This document shows, piece by piece, positions 40,357 through 49,985 of a stretch of DNA of 64,000 bases. The translations under genes were made by a program, and so were the position numbers. Source of the stretch: an uncultured Gammaproteobacteria bacterium (GTDB lineage Bacteria; Pseudomonadota; Gammaproteobacteria; UBA9214); contig CAWHCQ010000013.1 of the NCBI GenBank assembly GCA_963827755.1, forward strand, positions 1 through 64,000. The letters are read 5' to 3'. Every line of letters starts with the position of its first letter. Position 1 is the stretch's first letter. Below the pieces are notes generated by a model. It worked only from the letters and a program-made list of their open reading frames with translations. It ran no database searches and was not told the DNA's origin.

Positions 40357-40602
40357 TTAATCAGGAAGGGCCTTGCCGCTGCGAATCTCATCCTCTGTTG
40401 CATCGCGGATTCCCCGGATCTCGACCTCGAAGTGCAGCGACTGACCTGCCAGCGGATGGTTGCCATCCATGTAGACAATGTCATTATGCAGGTAGGTGAT
40501 CGGTGCGCCACCGGCCTCGCGAATAATGACGCCGTTCGCATTGCTGAGGGCGTACTGCATGGTGACAACCTTGTCTCTTGTGATTGTAAGTTCTTCTTTC
40601 AT
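40357..40602 (-). pseudogene. SlyD-like FKBP with a large in-frame internal deletion
   Basis: ITRDKVVTMQY.L....G.....PITYLH joined directly to VYMDGNHPLAGQSLHFEVEI..IRDAT.DEI; 81 aa. Confidence 0.7.
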
Positions 40603-40638
40603 AAGGATGTACATTATACGTATGTCATGGCTACCGGT

Positions 40639-40665
40639 GAACTTGTTATTCCGGCCATGGTCAAA
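40639..40665 (+). promoter_or_regulatory. sigmaE (RpoE/AlgU)-type promoter upstream of hspQ
   Basis: GAACTT-N16-TCAAA. Confidence 0.6.
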
Positions 40666-40694
40666 ATCGGTGGAATAAAGGAGCTGGATTAAAG

Positions 40695-41006
40695 ATGAAA
40701 CAGGCAAAATTCTCAATCGGCCAGTGTGTTTCTCACAAGCTGTTTGACTACCGTGGCGTGATAGTTGACGCAGACCCGGTATTCCTGGGTTCAGATGAAT
40801 GGTACGAGGTCGTCGCAAAAAGCCGTCCGCCGAAACACGAACCCTGGTACCGTGTGCTGGTGCATGATGCGCTGAATGAAACTTATGTCGCGGAGCGTAA
40901 CCTCGAGGCTGATCCATCCAGTGAGCCGGTTGATCATCCCCTTGTCGCTGAATTTTTTGATACCTTTGACCAGGGTACTTATCATTCAGGCAGGCTAACC
41001 AACTAG
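40695..41006 (+). CDS. hspQ: Heat shock protein HspQ
   Basis: KFSIGQCV.H.LF.YRGVI.D.DP, PWY.VLV, YVAERNL. Confidence 0.93.
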   Translation: MKQAKFSIGQCVSHKLFDYRGVIVDADPVFLGSDEWYEVVAKSRPPKHEPWYRVLVHDALNETYVAERNLEADPSSEPVDHPLVAEFFDTFDQGTYHSGRLTN

Positions 41007-41019
41007 TACAAGTTCGCTG

Positions 41020-41472
41020 ATGATAACTGCCATCCAGGCCTTGCTGAAGAAATATGCCGTTATCACTGAAGATAACACTGCAGGGCATGAGGCAAGCTTG
41101 CCTATGGCCATTGCTGTACTGTTGATGGAGACGGCACGTTCAGAAGACGGCGTTTCAGATGAAGAGCGCCGGATAATAGAGCGTATTATCGAAACGCAGC
41201 AATCCGTTTCCACCGACGAAGCCCGTCATATTGCCGATGCAGCAGAGCGGGACGCCGAACAGGCTCATTCCTTGCACCCTTTTACCCGCCTGATTGTTGA
41301 TCACTGCAGTCTCGAGGAAAGAACAGAGATTATCAGGATGCTGTGGGAAGTCACTTTTGCAGATGGTCATGCAGGTGCACATGAGCAACACCTGGTGAGA
41401 AAGGTTGCAGGTCTTCTGCATGTGCCGCATCGTGAGTTTATACGCACGAAGTTACAGCAGGATTGCTCTTGA
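41020..41472 (+). CDS. TerB family protein
   Basis: AVLLME.AR, FTRLI, LWEV.FADG...HE..LVRKVA.LL.V. Confidence 0.85.
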   Translation: MITAIQALLKKYAVITEDNTAGHEASLPMAIAVLLMETARSEDGVSDEERRIIERIIETQQSVSTDEARHIADAAERDAEQAHSLHPFTRLIVDHCSLEERTEIIRMLWEVTFADGHAGAHEQHLVRKVAGLLHVPHREFIRTKLQQDCS

Positions 41473-41506
41473 CGGTAAATACGCTGTCTTTATTGCAGGT
41501 AAAACA

Positions 41507-41535
41507 GAAACGGGGCCGCATCGCGGCCCCGTTTC
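41507..41535. terminator. Hairpin terminator between convergent genes
   Basis: gaaacggggccgc-atc-gcggccccgtttc. Confidence 0.75.
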
Positions 41536-41557
41536 CATATATTCGTACTTCTTTTTT

Positions 41558-41911
41558 TCAGACCATTTCCTTCAGGCCCTTGAGTGCAAGAACCTTGACT
41601 ACATTGCGTGCAGGTTTAGCCTTGAACATCATTTCTTCACCGGTGAACGGATTAATTCCCTTGCGAGCCCTTGTAGCTGGTTTACGCACGACCTTGATTT
41701 TCATCAGGCCCGGGACGGTATAAACACCCGGGCCTCTTTTCAGGTCGCGCTTGATCAGGTCGGCGAGTGTGTCGAACACCAGGCCAACATCTTTTTTCGT
41801 CAAATCGGTTTTTTCGGAAATAAAGGTAAGTGTTTCAGACTTGGTCGTTGGTTTCTTTGCAGCTCTTGCAGTTGTCTTCTTTCTCGCGATCGCTTTTTTC
41901 CTTGCAGCCAT
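41558..41911 (-). CDS. HU-family DNA-binding protein with a basic N-terminal tail
   Basis: TKSE, PGLMKI..V.KPAT.AR.G.NPFTGE.M.FKAKPA..VVK. Confidence 0.9.
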   Translation of the reverse strand: MAARKKAIARKKTTARAAKKPTTKSETLTFISEKTDLTKKDVGLVFDTLADLIKRDLKRGPGVYTVPGLMKIKVVRKPATRARKGINPFTGEEMMFKAKPARNVVKVLALKGLKEMV

Positions 41912-42695
41912 TCGATAAAGCTCCTCTGGTAAGTATTGGGTGAACAACACGCGTAAGATAGCACAATAAAATAAATGTGAAAGTCTTTTTGAACGCAGGA
42001 AATGCCTTATATAACGGTATTTCATGAGAGCCTTGTTTATGTCATTCATGACATCGGGCGGTGCATGTATCTGCAGGATTTGCCTTCCGGAAACATCGAC
42101 CGGTGCAGGTGGCGACCAACCCGCTGCTGACGAAACTACTATAAATACAGTTATATTAGGTGTTTATCTCCGTCAGCCTGTCTGCCCGGAAAACCGTATT
42201 TCTGCTTATATCATGCAGTTTGGTGATGTCCGTCACGGTTTTCCTTCACATGATTCCTTCTACTGAAAAAGAGTCTTTACACGCGAACCGGCCGCGCTTC
42301 GGCACGCCGGGTGACTTGTAAAAATTTGTTACGTGCAAGGCAGCGGCTGTCATGTGCCGGCATGAGCATCCGGCTCGACCGGTTTTGCCTGCCAGCGGGC
42401 CCGGTCTCTCGCGCTGAAGACTGCATGGCAAGGGCTTTACAAGCACCACTGCAGGCGGCCTGGCCACTGTCGCAGGGCCCTTGCTTGCGGCTATGGCTGC
42501 CCAATTTAACCTGCTGAATTGTATAGTTAAAAACTTTTTCCGGCGTGTGATAGATGCAGTCCGGGAGGTGTTTTGCCGGCATGTACCGGCCAGCCGGCTG
42601 CACATATGCCGGGCCCGGTTGCCCGTTTTTCAGCACAGCTGCACGCTTATCCGGCGGGCCAGCGGACGGTTGCTCATTTTTACCCTTGTATAGAT

Positions 42696-42722
42696 TCAAT
42701 CTTGGCCGCCAGCTGCCGATAA
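42696..42722 (+). promoter_or_regulatory. Putative sigma28-type promoter
   Basis: TCAA-N15-GCCGATAA. Confidence 0.7.
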
Positions 42723-42803
42723 ATCGGGGGCGGGAGTATACCTTCACGGGTCACTTTTGGCCGTGAAGACATCAACCATCAACAGCTTACAGGCTGGTCT
42801 GGA

Positions 42804-45800
42804 ATGAGTGCAGAAAAGAAAATCATGGACAGGAAGATTCTGCGGGAGCTGGTGCCGCTGAATACGCTGTCTCAGGCGCGCTTTGATGAGCTCTCGGGAA
42901 AAATCGCGATTCAGGAGGTGCGTGCGGGTCAGTACCTGTTTCGCATCGATGATCGTGATAACCAGGCGGTATTCCTTCTCGATGGTGAAGTCAGTCTGCT
43001 CGATCGTAGCGGTGGGCTTGCAGGCAAGCTTATTGCCGGTTCTGGCCAGGGTCGCTACCCGATAGCCGATGCCCAGCCGCGTGCCCTGTCGGCACGCGCG
43101 GCAAAAAAATGTGTCGTCGCCCGTATCGACGCCGGCCTGCTGGATGCCTTTTTATCCTGGGACCAGTCAAACAATGCCGAAGCAGTTGCCATCGGCGCTG
43201 ACGGGGGTGAAGACTGGATGACGAAAATGCTGCAATCGCAGGCATTTGAAAAGATACCGCCGGCAAAAATACAGAAACTGTTACTGAAGATGGATGCCGT
43301 TCGGCTCAAGGCGGGTGCCAGGGTCATCAGGCAGGGTGAAGACGGTGACTTTTTTTACACCATTCAGAATGGCAGGTGTGCCGTGACCCGCAGGGATACA
43401 CCGCAGGCGGAAGACCGGTTGCTGGCCGAACTCTCCGGGGGTGATTGCTTCGGCGAAGAGGCGCTGGTCTCGAATGTGAAACGCAATGCCACGGTGACCA
43501 TGACAAGCGATGGCGTGCTCATGCGCCTGGCGAAGGAGGATTTCACTGAACTCCTGCAAAAACCGCTGATTCGCTATGTCGACTATGAAAAAGCAGCGGT
43601 AATGGTCGATGAGGGGGCGGTATGGGTGGATGTCAGAACCGTTGAGGAATATGACAAAGGCGCCCTTGAGGACAGTGTAAATATCCCGCTTGCATCGGTA
43701 CGCGGCGAGATCACGGAGCTGGTTTTCAACGTCAGTTACATCATCTGCTGCGAGAATGGTAAAAGCAGTGAAACAGCGGCATTTATCCTCGGTCATAAAG
43801 GTTTTGACGTGTATGTCCTGCAGGGCGGATTACAGGCCGCCCCCGATAGTATTTCCCATGATGCGCTGGACGAGTCACGCAATGAGCCTGCGCCCGTCGA
43901 CCGCGATGATCCGGAACCTGCTGCACAGCCGGTGGTGGAAGCGGTGGAGGTTGCCGGGTCCGGGCAGGAGATCGCGCGCTTGCTTGCCGGAAAGCGCCAG
44001 CTGGAGGCCGACCTGTCCAGGGCGCAACAACAGAAAGCCTCGATCGAACGCGTAGTGGACGAACAGAAGAAGTTGCATGCGCTGGACAAGGAGCAGATTG
44101 CCAGGGCCGTTGATGAGAACAGGTGTTTGAAAGCCGCCTTGCAGGATGAAACCAGGCGCCTGGAAAGCCGCATTGGCAAACTGCAGGACGAGAAACAGGC
44201 GGCGACCGGGGCGCTGGACAGTCAAATACAGGAATGGGTCAGGGAGCGATCCTTTTTCAAATCCGAAAATGACGAAGCCCGGCAGTGTATAGCAGATCTC
44301 CAGAAACAGCTTGAACAGGCCCGGGAGAAAGATAACGGTGACCGTCCGGATCTGCGCAAGGAGCTGGAGGAGCTGATAAGCAGGACAAACAAGAAAATCG
44401 AGAACAAGGAATTCCAGTGCGTTGAGTTGAAACAAGGCCAGTCCAGGTTACAGGCGAACCTGAAGAGCATGCGGGAAGAACGTGACAGTTTGCAGCAGAA
44501 GCTGGGTATGGCAGTCAATGATGCTGCAAAACAGCAACAGGAAACTGATGACCTGAGGGCACAGCTTGAGAGCCTGACCGCCAGTACAGATGAACATGCG
44601 CAGGCATTGCAGCTGCAGTTGGAAACCCTGCGGCTGCAGCATGAAGACACGAAGCGGCATACTGCCGACACGCAAGCGCAGTTCAGTGTTTTAGAGGATG
44701 AGCTGGTCGCGCTGAAGGCGGCTGAAGCCAGGCACAGGCAGGAAGTGCAGGCGGCGGCCGGTGACCTCGAGAGTCAAAAGCAGGAATGGGGCAGGGAACG
44801 GGATTTGCTGGTCTCCGCCAACGAGCAGGCGCAGCAGCGTATTGAGAGGCTGAAAGCGCAGCTTGCAAGCATTAGCGGAGATGCAGATGAACAGCTGCAG
44901 GACGCCCGGCTTCAACTGGAAGCCATGCGGCAACAGCATGAAGAGATGCAGCGGCAGTCCGCCGAGCGACTGGCGCAGCTCGATAGTGTGCAGGATCAAA
45001 TGGCCTCGATGGAAACAGCCATGGCCGGGCTTGAGCAGGAAGCATTGCTGCATGTTCAGCAAAAAGAGGCATTACAGCAGGCGCTTGAACAGCGTGACGT
45101 GCAGGAGCGTTCCATGCAGGCGGAGCACGAGCAACTGCTGTTAAAAGCCAATGATGACCTGACACGCAAGAATGACAGCGAACGGGAACTCCAGGGGCAG
45201 ATTGACCGGTTACGCAAGAAGCTGGAGCAGACGACACTGGAGCTGCAGAATGCACGCGAGGCTGAACAGGCTGACATTGACAGCATTCGGGAAGAATTAC
45301 ACGCGGAACGCAGTGCACGTGCTGCAGAGCGTGTGGAAATGGCAGGACGTCAGCGCGAGCTGAAAGAGCAGCTGGCGGCGGTTGCATCGGAGCATGAGGA
45401 AAACCTTCTGAATCATAGCGATGCTATTGAGCAGGCGCGCTTGCAGCAAATGCGCGAAACGCAGCTGGAAACCGAAAGCCGGTTTGAAGAACTGCAGCAT
45501 GAGCTAGAGCAGGCACATGATGAGATCGCTGTACTCGAGAAGCGTGAAAAGCAGCGGCTTAAAGAGGCGTATGAGCTGTCTGAAGAGCGGCAGCGGCAGA
45601 ACGAGTCTTCCCTCGAACAGTTGCATACCCAGGCAGAGCAATTGCGCCAGGAGCGTGACACCGCTCTCGTGGAGCAGCGCTCCTTGCTTGAGAAGATGAA
45701 CAGCTTGCGTGCCGGTGAGGGCCTGGTACCGGCTGAAGAAGTATCAGCCTTGCGCAGTGAACTCGAGGAGGCCCGAAAGGATGCAGAAGTTTCCGAAGGT

Positions 45801-47225
45801 CTGCGTGCCGAGGCAGAGACGGCATGTACCCGCATGAGGGAAGACATGGACATGCTGCAAAAGCAGGTGGGCAACAATCTGAGCCTGGGCAGGGCCATGA
45901 GTGCAGCTGCACCCGGGCAGAAGCCGCAACAACCCGTTAGCATGGTATCTGACGTTCAGCCGGTAACGGCCCTGCCTGCAGCCACCCTGAAAACACCGTC
46001 TGCTTTGAACGGCCAACAGTCTCGCGGAATCCCCACTGCCGGGGGTCGCAAACGGCTGCGATTGGCCGGGGTTATCAGCCTTGTTGTCATTGTAATGACA
46101 GGCCTGGTTTTCGGGTTGACACCGTTCATCGGCAGACCCGTCGCCGTGATCTCGCAGGCGCTGGATGATGCCAGGGATTTCGCCGGCATGTACATGCCAC
46201 GGGATGACGCAACCGGTACACCGCAAAGAGCAGGCCAGCCGGTCCTGACAACCGGCCAGTCGGGCGGACAGGTCATTGAGCCGGCCGCGCCGGTTGCACA
46301 GGCTGTAGAGGTACAGGCGCCGCCGTCTCCTGTACCACAGTCGCGGACGATTGAACGTCCGCGGGCTATCCTGCCGTCCGCTGCCCGGCAGCAAGGGCAG
46401 GCCACTGCCGGTTCCTCATCGATAGTGGCTGCGCCGGCAATTGCAGCGCCGCAACCCGCCAGCGAACCGGACCCGGTGCGCAAACGTCTGCAGGCGGCCG
46501 GTTCATTCCGGGATAATTTGCAGGATGGCGGCGTTGCACCCTTGATGGTTAAGCTGCCTGCTGCCGGTTTTATGATGGGCAGCAAGGGTAACTCGCTGAA
46601 TATTGACGAGGGGCCGCAGCACAAAGTCAGCCTGTCCCGTTTTGCTATCAGTAAATATGAGGTTACTTTTGCCGACTATGACCGGTTTGCGCGTGCCACC
46701 GGGATGCGTTTGCCGCACGACAATACCTGGGGCCGGGGTGACCATCCGGCCATCAATGTGTCCTGGAACGATGCGCAGGCCTATGTGCGCTGGCTGTCCG
46801 CCCAAACAGGGCATGGTTATCATTTGCCGACAGAAGCGCAGTGGGAATATGCGGCCCGTGCAGATGCGATGACGCCCTATCCCTGGGATGCCGGCGCGGA
46901 GAATGTCCCTGCGAACTGTTTTGATTGCGGCAGTGAATGGGATCACGGCAGGACCACGTCAGTGGGCAATTTCCCGGCCAATCATTTTGGTTTGCATGAT
47001 ATGGGCGGGAATGTCCAGGAATGGACAGAGGACTGTTACCGCGGAAGCTATGATGGCGCACCGGCTGATGGCAGTCCTGTGCTGACATCCGGGTGTACCC
47101 AGCGCGTGGTTCGCGGCGGTGCCTATAGCAGCCCGATGACTTCCCTGCGCAGTACCAGTCGCGGACAATTTGACCAGGATACCCGCCTGGATAATCTCGG
47201 TTTCCGTATCGTTCGCAAATACTGA
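42804..47225 (+). CDS. Multidomain protein: 2x cNMP-binding, rhodanese, long coiled coil, TM, Pro/Ala linker, FGE-sulfatase-like domain
   Basis: FGEEALVSNVKRNATV; DVR..EY..G....VNIPL...CENGKSS; heptad-rich Q/E/L region; TM LAGVISLVVIVMTGLVFGL; LPTEAQWEYAAR, FGLHDMGGNVQEW, GFRIVR. Confidence 0.88.
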   Translation: MSAEKKIMDRKILRELVPLNTLSQARFDELSGKIAIQEVRAGQYLFRIDDRDNQAVFLLDGEVSLLDRSGGLAGKLIAGSGQGRYPIADAQPRALSARAAKKCVVARIDAGLLDAFLSWDQSNNAEAVAIGADGGEDWMTKMLQSQAFEKIPPAKIQKLLLKMDAVRLKAGARVIRQGEDGDFFYTIQNGRCAVTRRDTPQAEDRLLAELSGGDCFGEEALVSNVKRNATVTMTSDGVLMRLAKEDFTELLQKPLIRYVDYEKAAVMVDEGAVWVDVRTVEEYDKGALEDSVNIPLASVRGEITELVFNVSYIICCENGKSSETAAFILGHKGFDVYVLQGGLQAAPDSISHDALDESRNEPAPVDRDDPEPAAQPVVEAVEVAGSGQEIARLLAGKRQLEADLSRAQQQKASIERVVDEQKKLHALDKEQIARAVDENRCLKAALQDETRRLESRIGKLQDEKQAATGALDSQIQEWVRERSFFKSENDEARQCIADLQKQLEQAREKDNGDRPDLRKELEELISRTNKKIENKEFQCVELKQGQSRLQANLKSMREERDSLQQKLGMAVNDAAKQQQETDDLRAQLESLTASTDEHAQALQLQLETLRLQHEDTKRHTADTQAQFSVLEDELVALKAAEARHRQEVQAAAGDLESQKQEWGRERDLLVSANEQAQQRIERLKAQLASISGDADEQLQDARLQLEAMRQQHEEMQRQSAERLAQLDSVQDQMASMETAMAGLEQEALLHVQQKEALQQALEQRDVQERSMQAEHEQLLLKANDDLTRKNDSERELQGQIDRLRKKLEQTTLELQNAREAEQADIDSIREELHAERSARAAERVEMAGRQRELKEQLAAVASEHEENLLNHSDAIEQARLQQMRETQLETESRFEELQHELEQAHDEIAVLEKREKQRLKEAYELSEERQRQNESSLEQLHTQAEQLRQERDTALVEQRSLLEKMNSLRAGEGLVPAEEVSALRSELEEARKDAEVSEGLRAEAETACTRMREDMDMLQKQVGNNLSLGRAMSAAAPGQKPQQPVSMVSDVQPVTALPAATLKTPSALNGQQSRGIPTAGGRKRLRLAGVISLVVIVMTGLVFGLTPFIGRPVAVISQALDDARDFAGMYMPRDDATGTPQRAGQPVLTTGQSGGQVIEPAAPVAQAVEVQAPPSPVPQSRTIERPRAILPSAARQQGQATAGSSSIVAAPAIAAPQPASEPDPVRKRLQAAGSFRDNLQDGGVAPLMVKLPAAGFMMGSKGNSLNIDEGPQHKVSLSRFAISKYEVTFADYDRFARATGMRLPHDNTWGRGDHPAINVSWNDAQAYVRWLSAQTGHGYHLPTEAQWEYAARADAMTPYPWDAGAENVPANCFDCGSEWDHGRTTSVGNFPANHFGLHDMGGNVQEWTEDCYRGSYDGAPADGSPVLTSGCTQRVVRGGAYSSPMTSLRSTSRGQFDQDTRLDNLGFRIVRKY

Positions 47226-47280
47226 CAGTCGCTGACCATCCGGCTGTTGACAAACCCGCGTGTCACCGTAGTCTGCCGGT

Positions 47281-48168
47281 ATGGCGAAACTCCTGGGCAT
47301 CGGCAATGCAACGCTCGACATTATTCACCTGGTCGACAGCTACCCGAAAGAGAACGATGAAGTGCGCACCCGCGAGCGCTATGTGCGCCGCGGCGGTAAT
47401 ACGGCCAATACCCTCGTCGTGCTCAGTCAACTGGGTATCGCCTGCAGCTGGGCGGGCATGCTGGTTGATAATGAAGACGGTGCCCTGATTCGAGATGATC
47501 TGCTGGCGCATGGCATAGACACCGGTCCTTGTCACTATGCCGGGCACGGCAGCGTGCCGGTTTCAACAATCCTTATAAATACCCGCAGTGGTTCGCGTAC
47601 CATCATCCACTACCGTGACCTGGCTGAATATTCAGCACGCTACTTCGAGTCCATAGACCTTGAGCCATTTGACTGGTTGCACTTCGAGGGCCGCAATGTG
47701 GCCGCTACGCGGCTGATGCTGGAGAGGGTGCGCAGACTTCGCCCGCACGTGCCGGTCTCGCTTGAAGTCGAAAAACCGCGCGACGGGGTGGATTCGCTGT
47801 TTTCCTCGGCGGATGTATTGCTGTTCTCCAGGGGCTACGCCGAAGCACTTGGTTATCGCGACCCGTTGTCACTGTTGCATGCCATGCAGCCACGATGTCC
47901 GCAGGCAGTCATGTATTGCAGCTGGGGTGATGCCGGCGCAGCCGCCCTCGACAGGCAGGGAAAGGCAAGCCGGCATGAGGCGATTATTCCGGATAAGGTG
48001 GTCGATACGCTGGGTGCCGGCGATACCTTCAATGCAGGCATCATCAGCGCCTCTCTGGAGCAGCTGGATGCAGCAGCAAGCCTCGCGCGGGCCTGTCAGC
48101 TTGCCGGGAAAAAATGTGGCCAGTCCGGGTTCGATAACCTGGGCGCTGCACCGGGGGATTCCGGGTGA
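47281..48168 (+). CDS. PfkB-family sugar kinase (ketohexokinase-like)
   Basis: GGNTANT..VL.QLG, WLHFEGRN, VDTLGAGDTFNAG. Confidence 0.9.
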   Translation: MAKLLGIGNATLDIIHLVDSYPKENDEVRTRERYVRRGGNTANTLVVLSQLGIACSWAGMLVDNEDGALIRDDLLAHGIDTGPCHYAGHGSVPVSTILINTRSGSRTIIHYRDLAEYSARYFESIDLEPFDWLHFEGRNVAATRLMLERVRRLRPHVPVSLEVEKPRDGVDSLFSSADVLLFSRGYAEALGYRDPLSLLHAMQPRCPQAVMYCSWGDAGAAALDRQGKASRHEAIIPDKVVDTLGAGDTFNAGIISASLEQLDAAASLARACQLAGKKCGQSGFDNLGAAPGDSG

Positions 48169-48184
48169 GCGGGGTCGTGCCGGA

Positions 48185-48373
48185 TCAGAGTTTCTTCAGT
48201 AGTTCCATGATGTGCTGCCGGGAGCTCTCATCGTGTGTGACAGTTTCGGGTATGTCGCAGACTTCCTGCAGGGCAGGGCCGATCTCCGGGAAATCGGGAG
48301 AATCGGTGACACGGGAGACAGCCGCGGTGCCACGCTGGATCTTGCCGGATGACATGTCAAAAATGATAGCCAT
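48185..48373 (-). CDS. Small hypothetical protein (62 aa)
   Basis: AGGAG RBS; MAIIFDMSSGKIQ...; sigma28-like promoter just upstream. Confidence 0.6.
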   Translation of the reverse strand: MAIIFDMSSGKIQRGTAAVSRVTDSPDFPEIGPALQEVCDIPETVTHDESSRQHIMELLKKL

Positions 48374-48416
48374 GGTGAATCTCCTGCCATTGTCGGCAAA
48401 ATAGCCTGTAAATAGT

Positions 48417-48443
48417 TTATCGGCCGTTGCAGGGGGATATTGA
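48417..48443 (-). promoter_or_regulatory. Putative sigma28-type promoter
   Basis: Minus strand TCAA-N15-GCCGATAA. Confidence 0.7.
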
Positions 48444-48505
48444 GCGCGTACGCGCACGCCATATCTCTATGATTTGAGATGATAAATCAGAAAGAAGCGG
48501 GGGAA

Positions 48506-48793
48506 TTAATCGAACTTGTCGAGCGGGTTGATATCGTCGTTGGGGGCAGTCAGTTCAAGGTCGACACCGTAGTCCTCGCGTTCGATATCCAGCGAACCTG
48601 ACCAGTCCTCGGGTGCCTCGATGGGGCGAACTTCCATCTCTTTCCACGAATCAATATCGATTTCCTCGACGGCACCGTCAAAATGCTGGATTTCAAGTGT
48701 CGAATCCTGCTCTTCAGTTGCAACAATTTCAAACTTGTCGCCGTTAATGGACTGGTACCAGTCGCCGATTTGCGGCACTAAATTGTTTGTCAT
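48506..48793 (-). CDS. Acidic hypothetical protein (DUF6763-like)
   Basis: P.IGDWY, FEIVA, EIQHFDG.VEE.D..SW, EAPEDWSG. Confidence 0.75.
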   Translation of the reverse strand: MTNNLVPQIGDWYQSINGDKFEIVATEEQDSTLEIQHFDGAVEEIDIDSWKEMEVRPIEAPEDWSGSLDIEREDYGVDLELTAPNDDINPLDKFD

Positions 48794-49303
48794 CGCGTAC
48801 ATCCCCTCTGAAGTATTAATGCCGGAAAATGCTACCGGCTACTAAAGATTCCCTGATCAGATGTTTTGTGTAGTCAGTTATAAAACTTGAGGGAAAGAAT
48901 GGCAAGCACCGTTTGTATGTCAGTCAGCGGGTTGCCGGGTATGCGTGGCGCACCTCCCGGTCAGGCTTCATGAAGCCGCTGTAATGAATGGTGAGAATGG
49001 TTTCCAGAAAGTGGCCTATCTCACTGCAAATACTCATGAAGATCTGCATGCAGTGCTTGCCGGCAGAACGTGTTGCATCACCGAACGGCTTGTTGTTGAC
49101 AGTAGACCGGGATTAGAAAACGGGAATATGATAATAGAATCAATGGATTGTTTTCATGCCGCTGGCAGCAGGACAGGCGCGTATCGGTCGACAATGGCGT
49201 CAACTGCTGCATGGAAGCGATAGCTGAAAATCCTCTCTTGATGAGGTAAAGTGCGCGTTCTGTTTTTTTACGCACAACCGAATTTTTGAGTGAGGACAAC
49301 AAC

Positions 49304-49978
49304 ATGGCCGATTATCAAATTGCGCCTTCGATCCTGTCGGCAGATTTCGCCCGCCTGGGTGAAGAGGTTACCAACGTTCTGGCAGCCGGTGCGGACATCG
49401 TGCATTTCGATGTAATGGACAACCACTACGTGCCCAACCTGACGATTGGTCCGCTGGTGTGTGAGGCATTGCGTGCCCACGGCGTCACGGCAGATATCGA
49501 TGTACACCTGATGGTGAAGCCGGTGGATCGTATCATTCCCGATTTTGCCAAGGCCGGCGCGACCTATATCACCTTTCATCCCGAGGCCAGTGATCACATC
49601 GACCGTTCCCTTTCGCTGGTGCGCGAGAGCGGTTGCAAATCAGGCCTGGTTTTCAACCCGGCCACACCGCTGGACTATCTGAAACACGTCATCGACAAGG
49701 TCGACATGATATTGCTGATGTCGGTTAACCCCGGTTTTGGCGGGCAGAGTTTTATTCCGGAAGCACTCGTCAAGCTGCGTGAGGCACGCAGGATCATTGA
49801 TGAAAGCGGCCGTGATATTCGTCTTGAAATCGATGGTGGTGTGAAAGTCGACAATATCGGCGAGATCGCCGCGGCCGGTGCCGATACCTTTGTCGCCGGT
49901 TCCGCCATCTTTGGAGCGGGTGACTACAAGACAACCATTGATGCAATGCGTGCGGAAATTGCCAGGGCTGTTGGCTGA
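49304..49978 (+). CDS. rpe: Ribulose-phosphate 3-epimerase
   Basis: [31 protein letters not shown]. Confidence 0.97.
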   Translation: MADYQIAPSILSADFARLGEEVTNVLAAGADIVHFDVMDNHYVPNLTIGPLVCEALRAHGVTADIDVHLMVKPVDRIIPDFAKAGATYITFHPEASDHIDRSLSLVRESGCKSGLVFNPATPLDYLKHVIDKVDMILLMSVNPGFGGQSFIPEALVKLREARRIIDESGRDIRLEIDGGVKVDNIGEIAAAGADTFVAGSAIFGAGDYKTTIDAMRAEIARAVG

Positions 49979-49985
49979 GCATTCC

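Noticed and set aside
42050-42750. ORFs between the HU gene and the giant cNMP gene
   Set aside because: No motifs or RBS; more likely a divergent regulatory region
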